Below, one piece after another: positions 1-12,316 of a stretch of 64,000 nt of DNA (positions are counted from its first letter, which is position 1; each line of letters opens with the position of its first letter). The notes under the pieces are model-generated. The model saw only the letters and a program-made list of their open reading frames with translations, was not told the origin of the DNA and ran no database searches. The DNA is taken from assembly GCA_963665115.1 (NCBI GenBank), contig OY762007.1, positions 8,576,001 to 8,640,000 of the forward strand, given 5' to 3'. Source of the DNA: an uncultured Rivularia sp. (GTDB lineage Bacteria > Cyanobacteriota > Cyanobacteriia > Cyanobacteriales > Nostocaceae). Position numbers and translations under genes: made by a program.

Positions 1-780
1 AATATCTGCTGAGTATCCGACGTGATCAAACCACCGATACATAATTGTCATTTCCTCTCCAGTAAATTGCTGAAACTGCTCCCAGGGGAGTTGAACATAA
101 TTTACGGGACGACCAATTACGCGACTAAAAATAGCAGCGGTTTCAGTCATAGTTGCCTCATCACCTGCGATATCTACAGCTTTCCCAATCCATTCCTTGG
201 GCATTTCAAATGCTATTGTTGCAAATGCACCTATATCATTTACCGAAACTTGTTGCAATTTCGTTTCTGGTTTGAGGGGTTGAGCCAGCGTACCTTGAAG
301 GATTGAGTCGCGACCGAACATCTCCCAATTTTCCATTAGGAACACTGGACGCAAGATTGTGTAAGGAAGTCCTATCTCCTGAATGTACGCTTCGACTTTT
401 GCCTTAGAATCAAAGTGTGGAACTCCAGTTTTGAGGTCAGCACTGCCCACAGAACTGTATACAAAATGTTCAATGCCAGCCATTCTTGCTACCTGTGCGA
501 TCGCTTTCCCCTGACGAACTTCTAAGTAGAAATCATCCTCGGTAAATGTTTGAACTGAAAAAACTCCATAAGCTCCACCTACGGCTTGTTTGAGAGATTC
601 TTCATCATCGAAATCACCCCGAACAATTTCCAAGCCCTGCTCGGCTAAAGATTTTGCAGTAGGTGAGGCGGGATTGCGAACTAATGCACGAACTTGAAAG
701 TTACGTCTTTGTAGGTGCTTTGCTACTGCACCACCTTGTTTCCCAGTTGCTCCGGTAACTAGAATTAAACGATTGCTCAT
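1..780 (-). CDS. NmrA/HSCARG family NAD(P)-binding protein (3' end beyond window)
   Basis: Own translation from ATG at 780: MSNRLILVTGATGKQGGAVAKHL...HFVYSSV...VPHFDSKAKVE...ILRPVFLMENW; Rossmann GxxGxxG motif and NmrA-type PHFxSK; open to position 1. Confidence 0.9.
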   Translation of the reverse strand, partial: MSNRLILVTGATGKQGGAVAKHLQRRNFQVRALVRNPASPTAKSLAEQGLEIVRGDFDDEESLKQAVGGAYGVFSVQTFTEDDFYLEVRQGKAIAQVARMAGIEHFVYSSVGSADLKTGVPHFDSKAKVEAYIQEIGLPYTILRPVFLMENWEMFGRDSILQGTLAQPLKPETKLQQVSVNDIGAFATIAFEMPKEWIGKAVDIAGDEATMTETAAIFSRVIGRPVNYVQLPWEQFQQFTGEEMTIMYRWFDHVGYSADI

Positions 781-874
781 AATATTTTGACAGTTAATAT
801 CGTTTAAAGCAGCCTACAACAAGGATATTTCAACCGTCTTCCATAAAATTACGAAAAATTTCATGTTCTTCCGA

Positions 875-1802
875 TTAGAGCATTTTACGATATTTTTTAG
901 GAGTAATAGATAAATGTTTGCGGAATACAGTATTTAAGTGGCTTTGGCTGGCAAAACCAACTATTTCTGCTATGTCGGTAATTGATAAATTGGTGTTTCT
1001 CAAAAGTTCCTTGGCTTTATCCAACCTTTGATGAATAACGTATTGATGAGGGGGTAGCCCAGTCGATTGCTTAAACAATTGAGCAAAATAGTTAGGACTT
1101 ATCTGAGCAATGGCTGCAAGTTCGGCTAAACTTATATTCCGCGTTCTGTTCTGGTGAATATATTCAAGAACTTGTTTAAGTTTGAGCCGTGGTAGACCGT
1201 ATTGTAGCTCCTGTGACGAATAAGGTTGAGATGAGTAACGTTGGAGTAGGTGAACCAGTAGCGCATTGAGCATAGACTCAGCATATAAATGGTTGGGCGA
1301 CTGATTGATTTGAAAATCAGTCTTCAAAGCTAATCCAATTTGATGTACAAGGGGGTCATTCAACTTATCATGAGCAACTATTTCAGGTTGAGGATTTGCG
1401 GAAAATCTCGATGCTTCGGTGTCATTTAATTCCAGTAATGTTTGCTTGATTCGCGACGAATCAAATCCTACAATCAGAAATTCGATGGGGTCTATCCCAA
1501 ATCACTCTATGAGAAATTTCAGCAGGAAAGACAATAAAATCTCCTCTTTCAAACTGATTGTGGTAGAACTTCCCATCAATCCACTGTTCTGCGTTGTATG
1601 TTCCACCCAAATTCAAAACCATACCAGCTTGTATTACAGAGCAGTGCTGAATCTCATGGGCAGGATGATAATGGTGTTCAATTACACAATTTTCTATCTC
1701 AAGCCGTTTGACATAATGTTCGGGTGAATTTCCCAAAACTTGCTGATGAGATTGTTGGTTAAGTAAATCAACTGTAACGGGAGGTAAAGCTTGCTTTGAC
1801 AT
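875..1802 (-). CDS. AraC family transcriptional regulator (apparent +1 frameshift at 1487-1490)
   Basis: C-terminal double HTH (SLAELAAIAQISPNYFAQLFKQSTG...GFASQSHLNTVFRK). Removing one base of the G4 run joins ORFs 1461..1802 and 875..1363 (WDRPIEFLIVGF...KLNDPLVH). Confidence 0.9.
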
Positions 1803-1955
1803 AACTTTAAGCTTCTGTAGAGTGCGTTACGACGGATAAGAATATACTACCTTGATGATGATTTTACAGCACCGTAACGCACTGCTCAATTGCAATAGTG
1901 CGTATGACAAAAAAGCCATAACGCATCTACTAATTAAAAGCATACACTTTTAAAT

Positions 1956-2774
1956 TCAAGCCAGAGTCAAAATTTCCACACCATCATCCGTTACAGCAAC
2001 GGTATGCTCAAACTGAGCCGATAACTTTCTATCTTTAGTAATCACAGTCCACTTATCTGATAGAAATTTAAGATCGTAACTTCCTTCATTTAACATTGGC
2101 TCAATCGTGAAAACCATTCCCTTACGCAACTTTAAACCAGTACCTCTTTTTCCATAATGAGGAACTTGAGGTTCTGTATGAAACACTCTACCAACACCAT
2201 GTCCAACCATATCCCGTACTACCGAGTAACCATTTGCTTCAGCATATTCTTGAATTGCAGCACCAATATCGCCAATTTTTCCACCAGGCTTTACTTGAGC
2301 AATTCCCCGCATCATTGATTCACGAGTAACTTCAACTAATTTCTTAGCTTTATCCGATACATTACCAACCAAAAATGTTCTAGAAGTATCCCCGTGATAA
2401 CCATCTAAAATTGGAGTCACATCAATATTGATAATGTCTCCATCCTTAAGAATTTGCTTTGAGCTAGGAATTCCGTGACAAACAACTTCATTAACGCTAG
2501 TACAAACGTGGCCTGGATAAGGTGGATGATTTGGAGGAGCATAACCGATAGTAGCGCTAACACTACCATTTTCCTTCATAAAACGGGCTGCTTCATCATC
2601 TAAATCTTTTGTAGTCACTCCCGGCTGCACCATTGGTTCGAGATGATTGAGGAGACTTGCAGCCAGCTTTCCGACAACGCGCATTTTATCCAACTCCCTA
2701 GATGAAAGCAAGACAAGTCCTTTTTTATTTTGTGTCTTATTTCCACCTATTGAAAGTAAGTTTTGATTGTTCAT
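1956..2774 (-). CDS. map: Methionine aminopeptidase type I
   Basis: CTSVNEVVCHGIP, DIINIDVT, YHGDTSRTF, GHGVG..FH, FTIEPM, SAQFEHT motifs. Confidence 0.97.
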   Translation of the reverse strand: MNNQNLLSIGGNKTQNKKGLVLLSSRELDKMRVVGKLAASLLNHLEPMVQPGVTTKDLDDEAARFMKENGSVSATIGYAPPNHPPYPGHVCTSVNEVVCHGIPSSKQILKDGDIINIDVTPILDGYHGDTSRTFLVGNVSDKAKKLVEVTRESMMRGIAQVKPGGKIGDIGAAIQEYAEANGYSVVRDMVGHGVGRVFHTEPQVPHYGKRGTGLKLRKGMVFTIEPMLNEGSYDLKFLSDKWTVITKDRKLSAQFEHTVAVTDDGVEILTLA

Positions 2775-2902
2775 ATTTAATATCTAAAATTTAGGTTTTA
2801 GGTTTTTACGTTTAGAGATGCTATGTTATGCTAGCACAGCAAGGACTAGCATATTGCTTGTATGCTGGGTGTAATAAATATTAAACAAAAAACTAATTTA
2901 AT

Positions 2903-3088
2903 ATGGGTGGTAAAACAAACTTAGATAGAGTAGTTGCTTATATTCCTCCTGAGTGGAAAAAAGAACTAGAAGAATGGGGAGAAGCAGACGAGCGCTCTGT
3001 TTCCTGGTTAGTTGCGAAATTAATTGACAAAGCTTTGCAGGAACGACGAGAGCAGAAGAATTCCGTAAAAGTGGTAAATATGCGCTAA
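2903..3088 (+). CDS. CopG/ribbon-helix-helix DNA-binding protein
   Basis: 61 aa; RVVAYIPPEWKKELEEW...RSVSWLVAKLIDKAL beta-helix-helix pattern. Confidence 0.75.
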   Translation: MGGKTNLDRVVAYIPPEWKKELEEWGEADERSVSWLVAKLIDKALQERREQKNSVKVVNMR

Positions 3089-3178
3089 TTATGAATGTAT
3101 AAAACCGAATTGACTTGAAACTTTTACACCGTAAAAAGCATCGATGCAACCAGTTGATCGTTCTGGAAGACAAAAGCC

Positions 3179-3925
3179 ATGCGTCGAACAGTGTTATTCC
3201 TATCGAGATTTATACTCAGTCTGTGGATTGTACTTGTTAGTGCTTTTTTATTCCTGCTGCACTCTAATGCTCCCGGTATCGAAGATACGTCTTTCGGTAA
3301 TGCATCTATTATGGGTTTGAGTGAACCTCGTCTACTAATGATTAGCAGTGGGTTATCTCTGAGTGCAGGTATTAGCGCAGCCTTTTTCGCATGGCTGCAT
3401 CCAGGTGTGTTAAGCAAAGTTTTTGCTAGTATTGCCTGTGGTTTTGGAATATATCACTTAGTTTGGGGTTTTCTTGGTAGCGTCAGATTTGATATTGTCA
3501 CGCCCTACGGATTTACTCCCGATATTTGGGGTTGGCTTGTAGATGGAGTTGCGATCGTCGCAGCTATTTTAACGATTATTACTACTGCTCTGCTGCTTTG
3601 GGGAAGAGTGAATCGCTTAACCAAAATTTTGCCGATCGTTGTCAGTAGTGTGGGAGTTTTCAATCTCTGCTCGCTATCTATCAGTTGGAGTTTTGGCTCT
3701 TTGTCCGATTTTTTCGGTTTAGCTTTTTCAGAAAATGTATACCTATTAATGTGGCTTGCAACAGCTGTTTCAGCTATTCTTGCGATTGCTGCTGCAATCT
3801 TGCTTTGGTTGCATACAAGTCAATCTATTAAAAAGTTTCTTTGCTTAGTTAGTGGCTTTGGTGCGGTGGCTTTAGCTTCTTATTTCTCCTTATTCATTCT
3901 TTTATCGTTGGGGTATGCAGATTGA
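3179..3925 (+). CDS. Hypothetical integral membrane protein
   Basis: 248-aa ORF with about 7 hydrophobic segments. Confidence 0.6.
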   Translation: MRRTVLFLSRFILSLWIVLVSAFLFLLHSNAPGIEDTSFGNASIMGLSEPRLLMISSGLSLSAGISAAFFAWLHPGVLSKVFASIACGFGIYHLVWGFLGSVRFDIVTPYGFTPDIWGWLVDGVAIVAAILTIITTALLLWGRVNRLTKILPIVVSSVGVFNLCSLSISWSFGSLSDFFGLAFSENVYLLMWLATAVSAILAIAAAILLWLHTSQSIKKFLCLVSGFGAVALASYFSLFILLSLGYAD

Positions 3926-4013
3926 GGTGTAACATTTTTCGAGCTAATTCTACCTATCTCTATGAAACCTCTTTCCTCTGCGCTCTCTGCGGTTTTTTTA
4001 ATCGATATCACTT

Positions 4014-7000
4014 TCACATACCAGACTTTATCGGCAACTCAATCACAAATTCCGTACCTTCTCCCACTTGAGAAGAACATTGAATTGTACCGTGATGTTT
4101 TTCAACTACGATTTGATAGCAAATAAGTAAGCCCAATCCGGTACCTTTACCTACTTCTTTTGTGGTAAAAAATGGGTCAAAAATCTTATTTTTTACTTCT
4201 TCTGATATTCCTAAAGCATTATCAGCAATTTTCATTACAACTTTATCGTTAATTACTTCTGTGTTAATCTCAATATTTAAAGTAACTTTTGCAGATTTTT
4301 CATATTTATAAAACTTTTGTTCCAATGCATCGATGCTATTAGTTAAAATATTCATAAATACTTGATTCAGTTGAGCCGGAAAGCATTCTATTGATGGCAG
4401 TTTACTATATTTTTTGATAATCTCAATTCCTGGATATTCACCATTCGCTTTTAATCGGTGTCCTAAGATAAGTAAAGTGCTATCTAATCCTTCGTGAATG
4501 TTTACTGCTTTTAAATCGGCTTCATCTTTACGAGAAAAGTTTCTTAATGAAAGCACAATCTCACGAATTCGCTCTGCTCCTATTTTCATTGAATCGAGTG
4601 TTTTCGGTAAGTCGGAAATTATAAAATCTAGTTCTAGTTCTTCAATTTGCTTTTGAATATCTACTGGCAAATTATCGAGATTCTGATGATAAATATCAAC
4701 TAGTTTCAGTAAATCTTCGGTATATTGAGTTACATAAGTTAAATTACCAGAAATAAAGCTGACAGGATTATTTATTTCATGGGCAACTCCAGCTATTAAT
4801 TGTCCCAAACCTGCCATTTTTTCACCTTGAATCAATTGGGCTTGAGTTTGCTTTAATTCTTGTAAAGCTTGAGCCAGTTTTGTGGCTTGAGTTTTAGTTT
4901 TTTCGAGTAATTCTGCTTGCTGAATCGCGATTCCCAATTGCGTACCAACTTGTGCGAGTAAGTTGACTTCTTCATCTTTCCAGTAGCGGGGTTGTGAGTT
5001 TTGATAAGCTACTAATAGTCCCCATAATTTCTCACCTTGGGAAATAGGAACAAAAGTTTCATTGCGGGGTAAATTATCATCATCATCGTCATCATCAGAA
5101 AATTTTGGTTGCACAATTGGCTGTGTATTAATAACAGGTTTCCAATCGTCTTTAAATGAATCTGCAACAAATTTACCTCTCCAATCGGAATTAAAACGGT
5201 AAATTGCGACTCGTTCAACTTCTAGCAATTCTCTTACTGCTTGAGTCGTTGTTTTAAAAATTGTTTTAATATCAAGTGATTGGCGAATTTTATCAACAGT
5301 TGCAGCTAGAAGTTTTTGTCTTTCCATCGCTTTTTCTCTTTCGGTGGCTTCTGCTAGCTGTACTGCTTGAGTTTGAACTTGTTTTAAATATAAATCCTGT
5401 TTTAAAGCAATACTAAGCTGTTCGGCTATTTGGCTGATAAATTCAACTTCTGAAGACTGCCAATTACGAGGATTACTACATTGATGAATACAAAGTAGTC
5501 CCCACAATTTCTCTTCTTCTAATAAGGGAGCAACAACATTAGCCCGAACTTGGAATTGTTCTAAAATTTTGAGATAGCAATGTTTAAATTCTTCTTGATG
5601 AATATCGGAAATAGCATTAACTCTACCTTGTTGATAAAGTGGGGCAAATTTTTCGCTAAAGCAATGGTCGTAAACCTTATTTGCAATGGCTGAATTCCAA
5701 CCAGCAGCAACATCTTCGTAAATAAACTCTCCTTCCCATTCAGTTGGAGTATCAAAGCGAAAAACCCCTACTCTGTCAGTTTTGAGAAGTTGACGTACTT
5801 GAGTAATAGTAGTTTTGAAAATTGTTTCTAAATCTAATGATTCCCGAATTTGGGTAATGATACCAGTCAATGCTTTTTGCTGTTCTGCTTGATATCGAGC
5901 TTCTAATAATGTTTGATTGTGCTGTAGAGCAACTCCTAAATTGTCCGCAATTTGACGAGTAAATTCAATTTCTTCTTGTTCCCAATTACGAGGATTACCG
6001 CATTGATGAACGCACAATAAGCCCCATAAATCCTCTCCTTTAAGTAAAGGAACAACTAAATTTGCGCGAACTTGAAATTGAGCCAAAATTTGCCGGTGAC
6101 GTTCGCTTAACCCTTCTGCGTAAATATCTGCAACCGCTTGTACTCTACCTTGTTGATAGTTAACCGCAAATTTGTCACCAAAAGTATAGTCAACTTTAGC
6201 TGACACAACAGAATCCCATTCAGGAGCAACGCTCTCCCAAACAAATTTTCCTTGGCAATTTTGTTGAGCATCAAACTGAAAAACTGCTACTCTGTCAGCT
6301 TTTAACATTTGCTGAACTTCAGCAACAGTTGTTTGAAAAATAGTGTCTAAATCCAAAGACTCCCTAATTCGAGCAATTACCCCAGTTAATGTTTTTTGTT
6401 GCTTGGCTTGATTCCTAGCTTTAAATAATAACTCGTGCTGTCTTAATGCTATGCCAATTTGCGCTCCACTCTGGGTAATTATTTCTACTTCATCTTCAAC
6501 CCAGATTCTAGGTGCGGAGTTTTGGTAAGCAGCAATGATTCCCCAAAGCTTGTCTCCTTGAAGAATCGGAGCAGTTGCAAAACTTTTGGCTTCAAATTGT
6601 TCTAAAAGAGCAATATGACATTCATCTAATCCAGCTTGATAAATATCATTAACAGTAAATGTCTGATTGCGAACGTAACGTCCACCTTGAGTTTCTTGTA
6701 AATGAGTATCAATAATTGTAGGTTGAACGTTAACTAAGGGAGTCCATCCTTCTGCAAAAGATTCAGCAACAAAATCACCGCTCCAATCTGGGTTAAAACG
6801 AAAAATAGCAACGCGCTCGGCTTGGATTAATTCTCGTAGTTGTTGAGTTGTTGTTTGAAAGATAGTGTCAATATCAAGTGTTCTACGAATTTTATTAACA
6901 ATTTGAGTAATTACCTTCTCACGTTGAGTCCCTTGAACTAATTTTACAGCCTGTAATTCTAGCTTTTTAAAATACTCAGCTTGTTGAATAGCAACAGTAA

Positions 7001-7538
7001 AATGTTCCGCGATTAAGCGAACAAATTCAATTTCCGATTCTTTCCAATTGCGAGTATCGCTGCATTGATGCACGCAAAGTAAACCCCACAAAACATTTTC
7101 TTGCAATAGTGGAACAATCAGATTTGCACGAATTTGGAGTTGAGCCAAAATCTCAGCATAACAATCACTCAATCCCGCAGCATAAATATCTGCAACTGCT
7201 TGCACCCTACCTTCTTGGTAGTGAACCGCAAACTGCTCTGCAAAACAATGGTCGTAGACTTTTTTTGTAATTACCGAATCCCAAGCAGATGCAACATCTT
7301 CTGATACAAATTCTCCTTCCCAACCACTTTCAATATCAAATTTAAATACAGCTACTCTGTCAGCTTTAAGTAACTGTCGTACTTGAGTTGCAGTAGTTTG
7401 AAAAATAGTTTGCAAATCTAACGGTTGCCGAATTAACTTAATTACACTAGCAAGTGCTTTTTGCTGTTCTAACTGTTCTTGAATTTGAGCATCTAAAATA
7501 TTTGAATGATTATCTGATTGTTTTGAGTGAGATGTCAT
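4014..7538 (-). CDS. Multi-GAF cyanobacteriochrome sensor histidine kinase
   Basis: Five GAF repeats (RVAVF..., LWGLLxxHQC). Bilin motifs DHCF...CY in GAF1 and GAF4, [12 protein letters not shown]...CH in GAF2. H-box AHEINNP; HATPase NQVFMNI, DPFFTTK, GTGLGL. Confidence 0.95.
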   Translation of the reverse strand: MTSHSKQSDNHSNILDAQIQEQLEQQKALASVIKLIRQPLDLQTIFQTTATQVRQLLKADRVAVFKFDIESGWEGEFVSEDVASAWDSVITKKVYDHCFAEQFAVHYQEGRVQAVADIYAAGLSDCYAEILAQLQIRANLIVPLLQENVLWGLLCVHQCSDTRNWKESEIEFVRLIAEHFTVAIQQAEYFKKLELQAVKLVQGTQREKVITQIVNKIRRTLDIDTIFQTTTQQLRELIQAERVAIFRFNPDWSGDFVAESFAEGWTPLVNVQPTIIDTHLQETQGGRYVRNQTFTVNDIYQAGLDECHIALLEQFEAKSFATAPILQGDKLWGIIAAYQNSAPRIWVEDEVEIITQSGAQIGIALRQHELLFKARNQAKQQKTLTGVIARIRESLDLDTIFQTTVAEVQQMLKADRVAVFQFDAQQNCQGKFVWESVAPEWDSVVSAKVDYTFGDKFAVNYQQGRVQAVADIYAEGLSERHRQILAQFQVRANLVVPLLKGEDLWGLLCVHQCGNPRNWEQEEIEFTRQIADNLGVALQHNQTLLEARYQAEQQKALTGIITQIRESLDLETIFKTTITQVRQLLKTDRVGVFRFDTPTEWEGEFIYEDVAAGWNSAIANKVYDHCFSEKFAPLYQQGRVNAISDIHQEEFKHCYLKILEQFQVRANVVAPLLEEEKLWGLLCIHQCSNPRNWQSSEVEFISQIAEQLSIALKQDLYLKQVQTQAVQLAEATEREKAMERQKLLAATVDKIRQSLDIKTIFKTTTQAVRELLEVERVAIYRFNSDWRGKFVADSFKDDWKPVINTQPIVQPKFSDDDDDDDNLPRNETFVPISQGEKLWGLLVAYQNSQPRYWKDEEVNLLAQVGTQLGIAIQQAELLEKTKTQATKLAQALQELKQTQAQLIQGEKMAGLGQLIAGVAHEINNPVSFISGNLTYVTQYTEDLLKLVDIYHQNLDNLPVDIQKQIEELELDFIISDLPKTLDSMKIGAERIREIVLSLRNFSRKDEADLKAVNIHEGLDSTLLILGHRLKANGEYPGIEIIKKYSKLPSIECFPAQLNQVFMNILTNSIDALEQKFYKYEKSAKVTLNIEINTEVINDKVVMKIADNALGISEEVKNKIFDPFFTTKEVGKGTGLGLLICYQIVVEKHHGTIQCSSQVGEGTEFVIELPIKSGM

Positions 7539-7896
7539 AATTTTTGATACTAATAAATTGATATATGGATAAAGTTATTGACAACCAAACTGCGTAAAAT
7601 CAAACACCCTTTTTATGTACTATATATAACACAGACGAAGATATAAATCAGTACAATTAGTAAATTTTTCTCGTTATGATATACGTCTATTTGCTTAAAA
7701 ATGCCAGCTATCCATACTATTAAATCGAAAATGCTTGTTTATTTTTCGCTTGAAGCAAAAAGATATTAAGGTCTCTTAAACTACATTTATTTAGCATCGG
7801 TAGAAAAAATATTTAATGATTTTAGACAAATTTTGTGTCCGATATCTCAAATAACTACCATTTGTGCAACTTTTACCGATGTTCTACGATTAAAAG

Positions 7897-8038
7897 GGCG
7901 TTGCTGATTCAAAATATGAATAGCCCCTCAACCCCCAATTATGGGGGAGAAATATATTTTAAAGTCCCCCAATATTGGAGGATTTAGGGGGCGCAACTTG
8001 GATAGTAAAATAAATTCATATCTGTATTCAGCAACGCC
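7897..8038. mobile_element. MITE with GGCGTTGCTGA terminal inverted repeats and 8-bp target duplication
   Basis: GGCGTTGCTGA...TCAGCAACGCC flanked by ATTAAAAG on both sides (7889-7896, 8039-8046); sister copy at 55447-55547. Confidence 0.85.
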
Positions 8039-8065
8039 ATTAAAAGATTACTCATGCACAACTAG

Positions 8066-10433
8066 ATGAACAATTCCTCTACCGAACAAATTTGGCAAAC
8101 ACCACCGCAACCCATCAATCAAATCCTGGAAGCAGCACCCCCACCGCAAATTCACCTTTCTCCTAACAGACAGTGGATGGTGGAGCTAGAACAGTCGCAG
8201 CTCGTTCCCATCGCTTTACTTGCCGAAGTTGAAGTTGCCGTAGCGGGTTTTCGGTTGAATCCACAAACTAATGGCCCGGCTCGTCACAATACTTACCACG
8301 GTATGAAGCTCAGGGCGCTAGATTCTCCCGAAAATACGAGAACAATAGAACTGCCAGAAAATCCCCGCATTGGCTTTGTCAAATGGTCTGCCGACAGTCA
8401 AAAATTAGCATTTACCCTTACCCAAGAAACAGGTTTAGAAGTGTGGGTTTTGCACGTTGAAAATGTAACTATTCAACGTTTAACCGAACCAGTACTTAAT
8501 GCTGCTTATGGAACTCCGTATCGTTGGCTTGATGATGAAACCTTAATTTGCAAGTTTGTTTCAAGTTCTCGCGGTGAATTACCTACCATATCGAACGTTC
8601 CTTCCGGCCCTTTAATTCAAGAAAACTTAGGTAGCAAAAAACCAACTCGCACTTATACAAATTTACTCAAAAATGCTCATGACGAGGCATTGTTTGAATA
8701 TTATTTAACTTCAACTTTAGAAAAAATCACTCTCCAAGGAAACCGCACTCAATTAATTACACCTGCTTTAATTAGCGAAGCGATACCTTCTCCCGATAGC
8801 AATTTTATTTTAATTTCTAGCATACAAAAACCGTTTTCTTATCAAGTACCCGCAGCACGTTTTCCCAGATATATATATGTAATTGATAATAATGGAAAGC
8901 AAATTTATCAAGTTGCAAATTTACCCCTTGATGAAGAACGTTCGATTAAATTTGATGCAGTACGCAAAGGTAGAAGACGGGTATCGTGGCGCAGCGATGT
9001 AAAAGCTACATTAACTTGGGTAGAAGCATTAGATGAAGGCAACCCTACTATAGAAGTTAGCGATCGCGATGCTTTATTTATCTTGGAAGCACCTTTCACT
9101 GCAACACCAACCCAAATCTGGAAGTCAGAGTATCGCTTTAACTCGATAGTTTGGGGGGTCTTCAGATACAGCCTTGGCTTATGAAAAATGGTACGATACC
9201 CGTCGTTCGAGAACTTGGCGAATTTATCCAAATAGCCCAGAAACACCACCAAAATTGCTATTTGACCGCAGTTTTGAAGATAAATACAACGCTCCCGGAA
9301 CACCATTAACAAAATTGGGAGACTACAGCTACAAAGTTTTACGTTTTGCTCCATGCGGGAATATTATATACTTCAGTGGACGCGGGGCATCTCCCGAAGG
9401 CGTGTATCCGTTTTTAGATAGTTTGAATTTAGAAACTCAAGAAACTCAACGTTTATGGCAATGCCAAGATCCTTATTACGAGCAAATCTTCGCCGTACTT
9501 GACGACGAAGCGCAAAACTTAATTACCGTGCGTCAGTCTCAGACGGAACCACCCAACCTGATACGAGTTTTTCGGAATAATAATGAAGAAAAGATACTTA
9601 CAGATTACCAAGACTCCGCACCGCAATTAGCAGGAGTTCATAAAGAATTAGTTCAGTATCAGCGAGCCGATGGAGTGCAACTGTCGGCTAAACTATATCT
9701 ACCTCCCAATTATGACCTCGAACGCGATGGTTCCTTACCGACAATATTGTGGGTGTATCCCGAAGAATTCAAAGATAAAGAATTTGCCGGACAAGTAACC
9801 ACAGCCGAAAACACCTTCAGCCGTCCCATTCGCGCCTCTATATTATTTTTGTTAACCCAAGGATATGCCGTACTTTCTGGAGCAACTTTACCAATAATTG
9901 GTGAAGGCGATCGCGAACCCAACGATACTTATGTAGAGCAATTAATAGCCGGAGCGCAAGCCGCAGTAGATTATGTAGTGGAACGTGGAATCGCCAACAG
10001 AAATAATATTGGTATAGGCGGTCACTCCTATGGTGCATTTACCACCGCAAATTTACTAGCTCATACAGATTTATTTTGTATGGGAATTGCCAGAAGTGGA
10101 GCTTACAACCGCACCCTAACACCATTTGGTTTTCAAGGAGAACAGCGTAACTTTTGGGAAGCACAAGAAACTTACATCAATATGTCACCCTTTACCCATG
10201 CATCAAAAATAAAGGCTCCATTATTATTAATTCACGGTGAAAACGATAGCAACGCAGGAACATATCCCTTACAAACCAAACGTTTATACGAAGCTCTCAA
10301 AGGATTAGGGGCAACCGTGCGATGGGTGGAATTACCAGCAGAAGCCCACGGTTATCGTTCCCTAGAAGCAGTTAGTCACGTACTTTGGGAAATGGTTAAT
10401 TGGTGCGATGAATATTTAAAAGTTAGGAGTTAG
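8066..10433 (+). CDS. S9 (prolyl oligopeptidase family) serine peptidase, glutamyl-peptidase-like (apparent +1 frameshift at 9153-9158)
   Basis: GHSYG nucleophile, HGEND Asp, EAHGY His; removing one G gives IVWGSSDTALAYEKWY and joins the two ORFs. Confidence 0.92.
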
Positions 10434-10474
10434 GAGTTAGGAGTTAGAAATTACTCATGCGATAAATATTTGGA

Positions 10475-10642
10475 TAGGACTTACGCAAAGCAAGTTTGTC
10501 ATTGCGAGGGAAACGAAGTGTAGCGTTGCAATCTCAGCATTTTGATGATGAACCGCACCTTCGATGATTACGTAGCTTTCACCCGAAGGGTACAGTTCAT
10601 GGCTAGTAATAACACATTTACGTTACTTTTGTCTGAGTCCTA
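10475..10642. mobile_element. MITE-like element with TAGGACTTACGCA-type ends
   Basis: TAGGACTTACGCAAA ... TTTGTCTGAGTCCTA imperfect inverted repeat; related copy at 50320-50413 shares the internal GTCATTGCGA motif in the opposite orientation. Confidence 0.6.
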
Positions 10643-10778
10643 TTGAAAATATATCAATTATAAAGGTGAACTAAACAGATAGATTCCGGAAAAACCCAAA
10701 ATCTAAAATCTAAAATCCTAACACCCTAATGAGACTTTAGATTTAGGTTCGCCCATTTTTTCGAGAGTTCGGTTTTAT

Positions 10779-11036
10779 CTAAGTCCCATTAACGGTTTCC
10801 ACCGCTAAGCTAGGTTCTTCTTTCTTCTGTTTCTCGCTCAATTCTAATAAAGCTTCTGGTTTAAATCGAATTGTTCCAGAACTTGAATGGCGATAACGTT
10901 CGCCAACAAATACCGATAGCACGATATTGGTTTTATCGGGATTAGAGACGTACTTCACCGTGCAAACCTGCATCTTATTATTGAAGTAGGCAATAATGCG
11001 ATCGCCAGGTCGAATATCTAACGCTTGAATTTTCAT
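10779..11036 (-). CDS. Small hypothetical protein
   Basis: 85-aa ORF with beta-rich composition; no family recognised. Confidence 0.55.
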   Translation of the reverse strand: MKIQALDIRPGDRIIAYFNNKMQVCTVKYVSNPDKTNIVLSVFVGERYRHSSSGTIRFKPEALLELSEKQKKEEPSLAVETVNGT

Positions 11037-11381
11037 ACATATTATGGTAACACTTTAACGGATAGAAACAGAAATTATTATTTTTCATCTAATTGTTCGT
11101 CTAATTCTCCCTCTTGGTCTAAAATATCTTCAACTTCGCTTGTTGGCTCATCCGAAAGGCACTTATCGGATTCATGGGGAGATATCAGCGATAGCTCAGA
11201 GTTAGATTCAAGAAGTGTCTAACTGAGCAGGAGCATGGCAAAGTTTTCGATTTTTACTTGTTTGTGCTGAAAAATCGATGTTTAATTTATATTCTCAAGA
11301 ACTAGAGGTGATGCGAGTACGTCAATCGCTACAAGGAAAGTTTGGTCTGATTGAAAATTTGCCATGCTTTTCAGGCATAGA

Positions 11382-11471
11382 CTACCAACCTTCAATTGGA
11401 TATTTAGCCTTCTCCCAAGCAGTTAAACCACCAATTAGTTCAGAAACGTTTCGATAACTAGCTTGGCGCAG
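11382..11471 (-). pseudogene. Rhodanese-domain C-terminal remnant
   Basis: Own translation LRQASYRNVSELIGGLTAWEKAKYPIEGW*, matching the rhodanese C-terminal L.GG..AW motif; no intact 5' part. Confidence 0.6.
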
Positions 11472-11907
11472 AAAAAAACATTCACCGATACTTTACGTCT
11501 CATCAGAATTAATGGAATGGACAATCTTAGAGCAATATAGGAGTAGTTAAAAAAATAATTTTCCAAACTTAGTGCTAAGCATAACCAAAATTTGCCTTAT
11601 TTGGCTACTGCTTACTCCGTGTTTTTTACCTTTTGTTCATCAAATCCCTGGTCTTTTTTTGCTCTTAAATCAGATATAATAGATATTATATTTATTCTAC
11701 GACCAAAGTATTTTGCAAGTTTTACTCTTCTTCGTGATTTAAAGATCGATTGTTGAGAAATAATGTTATACTTAATCCTGAGAACCAAAAGATTAACGAT
11801 TAAGTTGGTATTCAGTATCAAAGGTTTTTCCATAAAGTATTGAGCTATTTCTTTTCCAATAATCTTCTCTCTCTAAACACAACACTCATTGAGAAGACAA
11901 TCAAAAT

Positions 11908-12198
11908 ATGTCAATTTACGTTGGTAATTTATCTTATGAAGTTAGTGAAGAAGGCTTAAATGAAGTCTTTACCAAGTATGGGGCTGTTAAACGGGTTCAT
12001 ATTCCTACCGATCGCGAAACAGGTCGCGTCCGGGGATTTGCTTTTGTAGAAATGGAATCTGAAGGCGACGAAGACAAAGCTATTGAAGCTTTAGACGGAG
12101 CAGAATGGATGGAGCGCAGTCTAAAGGTTAATAAAGCTATACCTCGCGAAGACAGAAGCTCATCTGGTGGTGGTGGTCGTAGAAACAACCGCTTCTAA
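11908..12198 (+). CDS. rbp: Cyanobacterial RRM RNA-binding protein (RbpA-like)
   Basis: RNP2 IYVGNL, RNP1 RGFAFVEM, Gly-rich tail. Confidence 0.96.
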   Translation: MSIYVGNLSYEVSEEGLNEVFTKYGAVKRVHIPTDRETGRVRGFAFVEMESEGDEDKAIEALDGAEWMERSLKVNKAIPREDRSSSGGGGRRNNRF

Positions 12199-12316
12199 AT
12201 TTCAAAGTTAAATCAAAAAAAATAACGCTTCTGGAAATCAAGCAGATTAGTTCTACATCGCTTTCCTAGAGGCGTTTTTTGTATAAACGAGAAATAATAC
12301 AGTATTGCAAGTTGAT

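Noticed and set aside
22..306. 94-aa plus-strand ORF and similar shadow ORFs (1419..1727, 2898..3173, 3124..3417, 8908..9354, 15592..15837, 20824..21099, 28473..28817, 39598..39921, 41093..41440, 48959..49273, 61767..62078 and others)
   Set aside because: They are antisense or out-of-frame overlaps of well-supported genes and carry no motifs
11025..11833. ORFs 11025..11222 and 11612..11833
   Set aside because: Short and low-complexity with no motif; the region looks like decayed or intergenic DNA
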